Origin: the human T2T-CHM13v2.0 reference genome, Homo sapiens
Length of the DNA: 64,000 nt
Assembly: GCF_009914755.1 (NCBI RefSeq)
Contig: NC_060936.1
Strand: one strand, 5' to 3'
The notes under the pieces were generated by a model. That model did not search any database. It was not told the DNA's origin and saw only the letters and a program-made list of their open reading frames with translations. The position numbers were made by a program, and so were the translations under genes. Positions 50,117 through 64,000 of the stretch are shown piece after piece (the first letter of the stretch is position 1; each line of letters starts with the position of its first letter).

Positions 50117-52608
50117 TTTTTTTTTTTTAATTTATTTTTTTATTGATAATTCTTGGGTGTTTCTCACAGAGGGGGATTTGGCAGGGTCATGGGACCATAG
50201 TGGAGGGAAGGTCAGCAGATAAACAAGTGAACAAAGGTCTCTGGTTTTCCTAGGCAGAGGACCCTGCGGCCTTCCGCAGTGTTTGTGTCCCTGATTACTT
50301 GAGATTAGGGATTGGTGATGACTCTTAACGAGCATGCTGCCTTCAAGCATCTGTTTAACAAAGCACATCTTGCACCGCCCTTAATCCATTTAACCCTGAG
50401 TGGACACAGCACATGTTTCAGGGAGCACAGGGTTGGGGGTAAGGTCACAGATCAACAGTATCCCAAGGCAGAGGAATTTTTCTTAGTGCAGAACAAAATG
50501 AAAAGTCTCCCATGTCTACTTCTTTCTACACAGACACGGCAACCATCCGATTTCTCAATCTTTTCCCCACCTTTCCCGCCTTTCTATTCCACAAAGCCGC
50601 CATTGTCATCCTGGCCCGTTCTCAATGAGCTGTTGGGCACACCTCCCAGACGGGGTGGTGGCCGGGCAGAGGGGCTCCTCACTTCCCAGTAGGGGCGGCC
50701 GGGCAGAGGCGCCCCTCACCTCCGGGACGGGGCGGCTGGCCGGGCGGGGGGCTGACCCCCCCACCTCCCTCCCGGACGGGGCGGCTGGCCGGGCGGGGGG
50801 CTGACCCCCCCACCTCCCTCCCGGACGGGGCGGCTGGCCGGGCAGAGGGGCTCCTCACCTCCCAGTAGGGGCGGCCGGGCAGAGGCACCCCTCACCTCCC
50901 AGACGGGGCGGCTGGCCGGGCAGGGGGGCTGACCCCCCCCACCTCCCTCCCGGAGGGGGCGGCTGGCCGGGCGGGGGGCTGACACCCCCACCTCCCTCCC
51001 GGACGGGGCGGCTGGCCGGGCGGGGGGCCGACCCCCCCACCTCCCTCCCGGACGGGGCGGCTGGCCGGGCAGAGGGGCTCCTCACTTCCCAGTAGGGGCG
51101 GCCGGGCAGAGGCGCCCCTCACCTCCCAGACGGGGCGGCTGGCCGGGTGGAGGGCTGACCCCCCCACCTCCCTCCCGGACAGGGCGGCTGGCCGGGCGGG
51201 GGGCTGACCCCCCCATCTCCCTCCCGGACGGGGTGGCTGGCCGGGCTGAGGGGCTCCTCACTTCCCAGTAGGGGCGGCCGGGCAGAGGCGCCCCTCACCT
51301 CCGGGATGGGGCGGCTGGCCGGGCGGGGGGCTGACCCCCCCACCTCCCTCCCGGACGGGGCGGCTGGCCGGGCGGGGGGCTGACCCCCCCACCTCCCTCC
51401 CAGACGGGGCGGCTGGCCGGGCAGAGGGGCTCCTCACTTCCCAGTAGGGGCGGCCGGGCAGAGGCGCCCCTCACCTCCCAGACGGGGCGGCTGGCCGGGC
51501 GGAGGGCTGACCCCCCCACCTCCCTCCCGGACAGGGCGGCTGGCCAGGCGGGGGGCTGACCCCCCCATCTCCCTCCCGGACGGGGTGGCTGGCCGGGCTG
51601 AGGGGCTCCTCACTTCCCAGTAGGGGCGGCCGGGCAGAGGCGCCCCTCACCTCCCGGACGGGGTGGCTGCCAGGTGGAGACGCTCCTCACTTCCCAGATG
51701 GGGTGGCTGCCAGGCGGAGAGGCTCCTCACTTCTCAGACGGGGCAGCTGCCGGGCGGAGGGGCTCCTCACTTCTCAGACGGGGCGGTTGCCAGGCAGAGG
51801 GTCTCCTCACTTCTCAGACGGGGCGGCCGGGCAGAGACGCTCCTCACCTCCCAGACGGGGTCTCGGCCGGGCAGAGGTGCTCCTCACATCCCAGATGGGG
51901 CGGCGGGGCAGAGGCGCTCCCCACATTTCAGACGATGGGCGGCCGGGCAGAGACGCTCCTCACTTCCTAGATGTGATGGCGGCTGGGAAGAGGCGCTCCT
52001 CACTTCCTAGATGGGATGGCGGCCGGGCGGAGACGCTCCTCACTTTCCAGACTGGGCAGCCAGGCAGAGGGGCTCCTCACATCCCAGACGATGGGCAGCC
52101 AGGCAGAGACGCTCCTCACTTCCCAGACGGGGTGGCGGCTGGGCAGAGGCTGCAATCTCGGCACTTTGGGAGGCCAAGGCAGGCGGCTGGGAGGTGTAGG
52201 TTGTAGCGAGCCGAGATCACGCCACTGCACTCCAGTCTGGGCACCATTGAGCACTGAGTGAACGAGACTCCGTCTGCAATCCCGGCACCTCGGGAGGCCG
52301 AGGTTGGCGGATCACTCGCGGTTAGGGGCTGGAGACCGGCCCGGCCAACACAGCGAAACCCCGTCTCCACCAAAACCAGTCAGGTGTGGCAGCGCGTGCC
52401 TGCAATCGCAGGCATTCGGCAGACTGAGGCAGGAGAATCATGCAGGGAGGTTGCAGTGAGCCGAGATGGCAGCAGTACAGTCCAGCTTCGGCTCCGCATG
52501 AGAGGGAGACCGTGGGGAGAGGGAGAGGGAGAGGGAGGGAGAGGGAGAGGGGGAGGGGAAGGGGGAGGGGGAGGGAGAGGGAGAGGGAGAGGGAGAGGGA
52601 GAGGGAGA
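50117..52608 (-). mobile_element. Full-length SVA retrotransposon (SVA_F-like), antisense in a CCDC63 intron
   Basis: (CCCTCT)n hexamer about 52515-52608, Alu-like domain about 52140-52510, GC-rich VNTR about 50650-52130, SINE-R about 50140-50640, poly(A). Exact 16-bp TSD GCTTAAGCCACTCTTT at 50101-50116 and 52609-52624. Subfamily called from recalled diagnostics (CTCATGCGGAGCCGAAG, GGTTTTGGTGGAG, AAGTAATCAGGG). Confidence 0.95.
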
Positions 52609-53905
52609 GCTTAAGCCACTCTTTAGTTGGGCTTTCTGTAACTTACATTTTTTCTTAACTGATAACAAGCTGGTGCCCCTTAAGATAGGGTGCACACATT
52701 CTAGTTTGCTATCATCTCTGCCATCCTGTCATGTCTATTTGCTGGACCACTTTACTTTTGTATGCCACCCTCCTGCCCACTTTTTGCAGCCCACTAGTGT
52801 AGATTTTTCTCTCAGCTTCCCATGAAGATAGCTGAGACTGTGCTGTGTAGACTTTCTGAAGACTTGGGGATAACCAAAGGGAATTAAAACTCAGGGATGC
52901 TAACACGGAATCCCAGATGCAACTGCTTGCAGAATTCACCAGCCCAGGCTCTGCACGGGGCCCCTGATTCCCAGCTGGAGGCTGACAAACTTTATATTTC
53001 ACAACACTGAGCACTTAAGCCTTCCTCATCTAGAACTTCTCAATTCCAGAACAGGAACTGAGCTTTAGACTATCCTCATCAAGCCACCATCTCGACACAA
53101 ACAGGAACAAACCAAGTTGCTTTGAATGTCATTGTCCTCTTCATTCCCTGTTGCCTTTACCTACCAGGGTTCCAAAAAGACATCTCAGAGCTTAGTCTCA
53201 GCCCAGCCTCTAAGAAGAGAATGTGCCTCTGTTGTGCTTAGGATCTGGTACTTACTAGTCTTGAAGGGCACTCTTCTTCAGATACTAGTTCTGAAACTTC
53301 TCTAAGGCCTTCTGGGACTTAGCATTAGCCGTCTGCTTCTAGATGGGGTTAAATATTGATAATGAAGATATTTGGGTGTGGGCTAAGGCTGCATTGTGGG
53401 CTGGTTATGCACACTGCTAGCAGTGTGTTGGAATGCCTCATATGAGAAACTATGGAGTGAAGTTTCCGGGACACTGGCTGGGAGTGTTTGGGTCTGGAGA
53501 ACTGGGCTGGCATTACGAGGGTATAGAGAGACACTAACATTTTTTCCTGCCAGCCATGGCAGTGTAGATTTCACTTATTTGAAGTCAGAGTCAATTATCC
53601 TAATGAGTAAAGTGGATGGTGTGTCAGGAATGCTTTTGGCTGCAAGTAACATAATACCCAACCAAGAGAGGCTTTGACCAAAAGGACATTTATTTATCAA
53701 TTATTTTTAATAAGCTTTTTATTTTGGCATACTTTAAAATTTACGGAATGGTTACAAAGATAATATAGTTCTCACATATCCTTCACCCGGTTCCCCCAAT
53801 GTAAACATTGTACATTACCGTGGGACATTTGTCAAAACTAAGCAATGAATGTTGATATGTTACTATTAACTGAACTCCAGTTTTTATTGGAGCTTCTTTT
53901 TTTGA

Positions 53906-54049
<144 letters not shown>

Positions 54050-54688
54050 TAATTTTTGTATTTCTAGTAGAGACGGGGTTTCACCATGTTGGCCAGGCTG
54101 GTCTCAAACTCCTGACCTCTGGTGATCCACCAGCCTGGGCCTCCCAATGTGTTGGGATTACAGGCATGAGGCACAGCACCCAGTCCTTTATTAGGATTTC
54201 ACTAGTGTTTTCCATTCATGTCCTTTTACTGTCCCAGGATCTAATCCAGGGCACCAATTTGCATTTAGGTTATTTACGTTTCACTTAGCAAAAAGTCTCT
54301 GGACATAGGTGGCCTCAGTGTTGTTTCATCTGCTTTAAAAGATTGTGGCAGCCATGCCTTTCCCTGCACCCCAAGAGGATGCATCCCTCCATCCTCTGCT
54401 CCATCTGCATTGCCTCAGAGGGAGAGATGTCCCATTGCCCTTCTATGAGGCCAGACCCCATCCTGTGTTACCTTCCTTCAGTCACATCCCCCATTATTAG
54501 AGAAAGACCTCTCTCCATCAATGACCGCCCTGGTTGCTCTCATCTTCACCTTCTATTTTGTCAAGGTATCCCTCCCTTGCCTCTTTTATTTCAAAATAAC
54601 CTAATAACTGAGCACAAACGAAACTCAAAACACAACCCACCTGCAATCCCAAATTACTGCCAGCTTCCCCCTTTCTAGAAGTTTCTAG

Positions 54689-55150
<462 letters not shown>

Positions 55151-55926
55151 TAGCTAGGATGGTCTTGATCTCCTGACCTCATGATCCACCTGCCTCGGAC
55201 TCCCAAAGTGCTGGGATTACAGGCGTGAGCCACTGCGCCCAGCCAGGACAGTGGTTCTTAAACTTATCACTCCCAAAAACCATAACACTCCTTCCTTCCT
55301 TCCTTCCTTTCTTTCTTTCCTTCTCTCTATCTTTCCTTCCTTCCTCCCTCCCTCCCTTCCTTCCTTCCTTTTTTTTTTTTTGAGACAGAGACTTGCTCTG
55401 TCACCAGAGCAAGACTGGAGTGCAGTGGTGCGATCTCCTTCCACTGAGTTGTTAATTACACATGATGAGGTGCACGCGTCTTAAGGATACAGCTCAATGA
55501 ACTGATACTTAGGTATACACTCGTAATCATCACCAAGATCAAGAGGTAGATTATTGCAGTGTCTGGAAGGCTTCCTTGGTCTCTTTCCACAAACCACCCC
55601 CAAGGAACCTCATCCTGATCTCCAGCATCATAACTTTGTTTTGTCTGCATATAGAATTGCATCTAAATCACCTCTTCCAGGATATGCACTTTATAACTGG
55701 CTTTCTTCATTCAACATTATGTCTGCCAACACCCTTTTTCAACAGCAAATAATTATCCCTTTACAATCCTGAAATGAAATCCATAAATGATAGAATATTT
55801 TCCCTTTACTGATGTTTTAAAATCAATATGATGCCTTAATTATAATATAAGGAAGAAATAAAAGTTATTTGTACTAGAATGATATTTATTTTGATACGTG
55901 AATGTCCTCATCTGACTTACCTAGAA

Positions 55927-56147
55927 CAGGGCCAGCAAACTGTGTCTGCAGGGAACCAGATAGTGAATATTTTGGCCTTGTGGACCACGTGGTCTCTGTT
56001 GCAAGTCCTTAGCTCTGCCTTTGTAGCTTGAGGGCAGCCATAGACAATACATAAATGAATGGGCATGGCTGGATTTCAATAAAACTTTATTGACAAAAAC
56101 AGGTAGTGGGCCAGATTTGACCAAGGGCTGGAGTTTGCAGACCCCTG
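55927..56147. mobile_element. MER58A hAT-Charlie MITE
   Basis: TIRs CAGGGCCAGCAAACT and AGTTTGCAGACCCCTG, about 220 bp, imperfect 8-bp TSD ACCTAGAA/GCCTAAAA. Confidence 0.8.
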
Positions 56148-56457
56148 GCCTAAAAACTGCAGTGAGAGGCCTGTATTGATAGGCAGAATTGCCAAGCATT
56201 ACACATACTGCAGACAGATGCAGGCTGACTGTATCCACAACTCGAAGAACATGATTCAGGCTGTGCTGGTGACGTGATTTTCAGAATGGTGACCAACTCT
56301 CGTAAAGTTCCAAACAAATCGAAGAATAATCTTCTCTTGATTGATACAGTGACTACAGTCCCGGATAATTCAGTGTCTATTAGAATTGAATGGAAAATTC
56401 TGTGTGTGTACATAGAAAAGATAGTTGTGTTTTTGTTTGTTTGTTTTTTTAAGATAG

Positions 56458-56589
<132 letters not shown>

Positions 56590-56742
56590 TGACTATTTTT
56601 AGATTTTTCTGTAGAGATAGGGGTCTCACTTTGTTGTCCAGGCTGGTCTCAAATTCCTGGTCTCAAGTGATACTCCCACCTTGGCCTCCCAAAATGCTGG
56701 CCAAATTTTCTGTACCTAGAATCAAACTATCTTTTTTGATCA

Positions 56743-57089
<347 letters not shown>

Positions 57090-57503
57090 TCATCTACGTA
57101 ACATCCAGGGGGCCACTGGGAAGTCACAAGGATGGAGGAGAAGTCTTGGATGCCTGGTGCTATCTCACATGTTGCAGGGTATGTGACCTCTCGTGACCCA
57201 CCCATTACATGCCACTAGTGGCTTCATCATTGCAAGAGCCAAAAAATCACTTCTCCAAGTTTACAGAAGTCCCCTGGGAGGACGATGTCATTTCTGCTGG
57301 AAACCATGGCTTTGGGTAGGCAGAATGTATGTCATTGTGTATAAATGTCACAGGTGAGTGACATTTACATGCACAGGTGACAGCAAATCTCCAGACTGCT
57401 TTATTGTACCCCGAACTGGCTAAGATTAAGTCTAACTGAGGAGGCATCCAACAGATAAGTTAAAATTCCATTTATAGGAAAAGAAAGAACATTGCAGTTT
57501 TTG

Positions 57504-57891
<388 letters not shown>

Positions 57892-59734
57892 TAATGGCCA
57901 CACAGGCCAGGAAGCCTTTAGGATTTACTGTCCACCTTAGCAAATGCGGTTATCCCCTCAAACCCTTACCCGAATCCCCCAACCTATCTGGGATGCCTAC
58001 TCTTAGTTCTCTGCCTCCAAACTTCCTGTTGGTTTTCAAGAAGCAGCTCAAGCATTACCCATTACCAAAGCAGCATTAGTTAGACCTTCCTCCTCTGTGA
58101 CAAGCTGCTCATGCCTCTATCATAGCCAGTGCCTTTTTGTTGTCGGTGTTGTCTCTGAGAATGAGTAGGCATAGATATGCATAACTTGATAATGGGAAAG
58201 GTGACACTGATCATCCTCAATCTACAGTGACTTTTGCATTAAGCAGGGTTCCTTAAATTGCAATCTGGCTTAAGAAAAAAAGGGGAATGTGTTAGTCATA
58301 GAATTGAAAGATCCAGAGGAGGAAGTGGGGCCTTCAGGCATAGCTGGATCCAGGTGCTCCATACATGTCTTTAGGACATATTCTCTGTCCACCTCTCCTC
58401 TGAGTGGATTTCATTTTTGGGTAGCCCCCAGTGTGAACGAATGCTAGTAGAAATGAAACATCTTTTTCCTAAGAGTTTAATGACGTATTCTGGGGAGAGT
58501 TCCCACTGGGCCAGCTTGGGTCATGTGCCCATTTCTGAACCAATCAGGGTGGGTGGTCAGAAGAATGAAATACATGGGCCTGAGTCACATGGCTACCCTG
58601 GGGCCCCTCTCCTCCAAACCCACCCACTGCTACCCCAAGTCAGGGAAGGGCAGCCCTATTCAAAATAAGTGGATTAGAGGAGAGGTGGTTCCCCTGGAAA
58701 AGCAAAAAGAGTGGAGAAGGAATGATGGACAGGGACAAACCACACATTCCAGTCTGGTTTGTGAAACTGTAGCTCCCACATGAGCTACTAGAGAGAGAAA
58801 GTGAATGGATTTGGAAGAAAGCCTGTCATTCCTTCACTAAACAAAGCTCTTAGCTTCCCCCAGACTTTGACCACCAGGCTTTGAGCAGGCATGGTGGGAG
58901 CTAATTGGATCTGATCTCTGTCTGCCTCCCCAAGTTGCTGCTGAAGGACTGGGCAGTGTCTTTTTAATATCCATGCCCAGTGATTTGCAACTGTGCCTCA
59001 GAATTCCTAGGATATGGGTTAAAAATACAGATTTTTGGATTTCCTCCAGATTCACCAAATCAGAACCTCCAGGGCTTAGATTTGGGCATCTGCACCGTTA
59101 TTAGCAAACCCAGAGAGACTGAAGGTCCCATTGGTTAAGAATCATAGATTTAATGCCTGGCATGGTGTTTAATGCCTCAGCAAATGTCTGTTGATTGAAT
59201 GAGTTACTAAATGCATGCATGATTTAATGATGACTTGTCTATAGGTATAATTTTTTTTTTTTTTGAGACGGAGTCTCACTCTGTCACCTAGGCTGGAGTG
59301 CAGTGGCACGATCGTGGCTCACTGCAGCCTCAGAGGTCTGCTTTTTTGTTCTAAGTCTATTCAGATGTTCTATTCTTCTCGAGTCAATTTCAGTAGTTTA
59401 TGTCTTTCTAGGAATTGGTCTATTTCATCTAAATTATGCTAATCTGTTGGTATATAGTTGTTCCTAGTATATCCCTTATACTTTTTCCATAAGATCTGTA
59501 GTAATGCTCCTTTTTATATTTCTGAGAGGTCTGTTTTTTGTATCTCAAACTGGTCCCCTCTTCCCTTCATCCCTAACGAGATGTGATTGTGCCTTTTAAT
59601 AGGTTAAGCAGCTGACCTGGCGCGGTGGCTCACGCCTGTAATCCCAGCACTTTGGGAGGCCAGGGTGTGTGGATCACTTGAGGTCAGGAGTTTGAGGTCA
59701 GCCTGGCCACCATGGTGAAACCCTGCCTCTACTA

Positions 59735-59929
<195 letters not shown>

Positions 59930-60546
59930 TTAGGCAGCCATCTCTAAAGGCAATTTTGGGGTCTCAGAGTACCCCATGGTCCTAAATATCCTCCACCTAC
60001 TCAGTGGGGCCTGAGAGTCCTCCCCATAGGTCAGGTCTTTCCCCCCCACAATCAGAGGATAGATAGTATGCCTACGGTCCTGGAGCAAAATTCACAGTAA
60101 GGAGCAAATGAGTGGTAACTGATAACTTCCCAAGAGGAAGTGGAGGATGCAAAGATAGAATAAGAATGCTCTGCTCCCAGGGACTCCCCTACCTTGTGTG
60201 GTGGCTATGGAGACACTCAGGAACACCCAGAGCTCAGACTAGCAGAAGCAAGCAAAAAGCCCAGGATGCAACATTTTAGGAGGCTCTTCTGCTCAGGCTT
60301 GTGGAAACACAGGGCTGGCACCTGAGAGTGAGTGCCTCCTTACATTTCATGCCCCGGTTGCTTCACTTGCTTTACCCCAGTGTTGGCCCTGCAGAAACCG
60401 AATGTTTCTTAGAACATACTTTGAAAACCTCCAGTGAAATTAAATCCCCTTGCTGTTAGGAATATTTTTTTGTAGTTGTCTCTTTTCAGTGCTTATGGGA
60501 GCACTTTACGTGGTCTTTTAAAAAAACTTAAAAAATAATTTTATTA

Positions 60547-60822
<276 letters not shown>

Positions 60823-60839
60823 TCATAAAAATAAAAAAT

Positions 60840-62670
<1,831 letters not shown>

Positions 62671-63084
62671 ACCAATCACATCGCCTTTAAAAAACAACTT
62701 TTAAAAAAGCTAAGACAATTTATAAGACATACAGGAAAGTAGAGGGAATAAAATAATGAGCAAATCTATCACTTTGATTTAATAACTGTTAACATTTGCT
62801 TTATTTGCTTCACCATTTTTCCCCTGAAGTATTTAAAGGTGAATTACAAGTGTCACGACATTTCACCCCTAAATACTTCAGTTTGCATATTTTAAAATTA
62901 AACTTTTTCTTTCACAGTCATAAGACCAGTATTACACCCTACAAAATGAATAATATTTCCATAATATTACACAATACCTAGTCCATATTAACACGTACCT
63001 GGTTGGCCCTAAAATGTCTTTTAAAGGTAGATCCAGTCAAGGTTCACATAATTGTTAGGTCTCTTAAATTTCTTTAATCTAGAA

Positions 63085-63290
63085 CAGTGGCTCTCAATTG
63101 AGGGTGATTTTGCCTCCAAAGGGACGTTGTCCCCAAAAGGAGACACTGTTGGTTGTCATAACAGAGTTGGAGGTGAGGGTGCTACCTGCATGTAGTGGGT
63201 ATTTAATATCCCACAAAGCATAGGACAGCCCCCTATAGCAAAGAATCATCCAGCCCAAAATGCCAGTAGTGCTGAGTTTGAGAAACCCTG
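63085..63290. mobile_element. MER20 DNA transposon within an old L1 fragment
   Basis: CAGTGGCTCTCAA...GGTGATTTTGCC...TTGAGAAACCCTG termini. Confidence 0.75.
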
Positions 63291-63656
63291 CATGAAAACA
63301 GCCCCACCCAATTTTTTTTTCATGCTGTCAATTTGTTGAAAAGTCCAAGTCAATTGTCCTGTAGAAAGTTCTATTAATATCTTCTCAGTTTGGCTGATTA
63401 TTTCCTATGCTGTCATTTAGCTTGTTCCCCACTCCTCTGTTAATTGCCTACAGCTGGAACTTAGGTCTAAAAGTAGTTGAGGAATTTGAAATACAGTAGT
63501 AAAAAGGATCCACTAAAGGGCCCTTAGCCAGTTGGTGGGCCACTCAACTGGCTCCAACCAGTTGAGCCTCTTGCCTACTGCTCCAACCACTCCTCCATGG
63601 CCCTTGCGTATGAGGTGGGGCAAAGACCTGACAGCCTTCCAGGTGCCTTCTGGTAG

Positions 63657-63929
<273 letters not shown>

Positions 63930-64000
63930 TAGCCCCTTGCTGAGCATCTAGCTTCCTACTCTGGGCCACCACTGTCCCTGGTCGTTATGTGTTGGGGAAT

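Noticed and set aside
50132-52695. Repeated P/G/R-rich ORFs and a repeat array with a superficial CRISPR-like look
   Set aside because: This is the SVA VNTR, SINE-R and Alu-like domain. Units are contiguous without unique spacers, there are no cas genes, and the DNA is human.

Overview
Human genomic DNA. I place it at 12q24.11 from recall of the CCDC63 locus. It is very Alu-rich. The right half holds the 5' part of CCDC63, a coiled-coil protein paralogous to the outer-dynein-arm docking subunit ODAD1/CCDC114. This comprises a CpG-island promoter with a non-coding first exon (donor at 30918) and five coding exons (36765-36773, 37215-37384, 42390-42579, 57646-57765, 63711-63892). They splice in frame to MSVLKKNRRK...SSQAYEQR (223 codons + 2 nt), and the gene continues past the window. 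The left half is intergenic. It carries an RPL29 processed pseudogene with a 19-bp TSD, two MER41A-type solo LTRs, long purine/pyrimidine tracts and many SINE/LINE/LTR/DNA-transposon relics. A full-length, TSD-flanked SVA (SVA_F-like) lies antisense in a CCDC63 intron. Less obvious observations: (1) a UTR-only retrocopy matching my recall of the HMGB3 3'UTR, split by Alus but with its TSD recoverable; (2) a repeat-free GATA/MEF2/NKX2-5/T-box/AP-1 motif cluster about 1.8 kb upstream of the promoter; (3) two TE-derived CTCF motifs in divergent orientation; (4) an old local duplication; (5) several template-switch scars; (6) candidate cryptic exons. I see no evidence of a wholly new biological system. 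Almost all ORFs in the supplied track are Alu, SVA or low-complexity artefacts. Repeat family names come from recall of consensus sequences, not from a database search.
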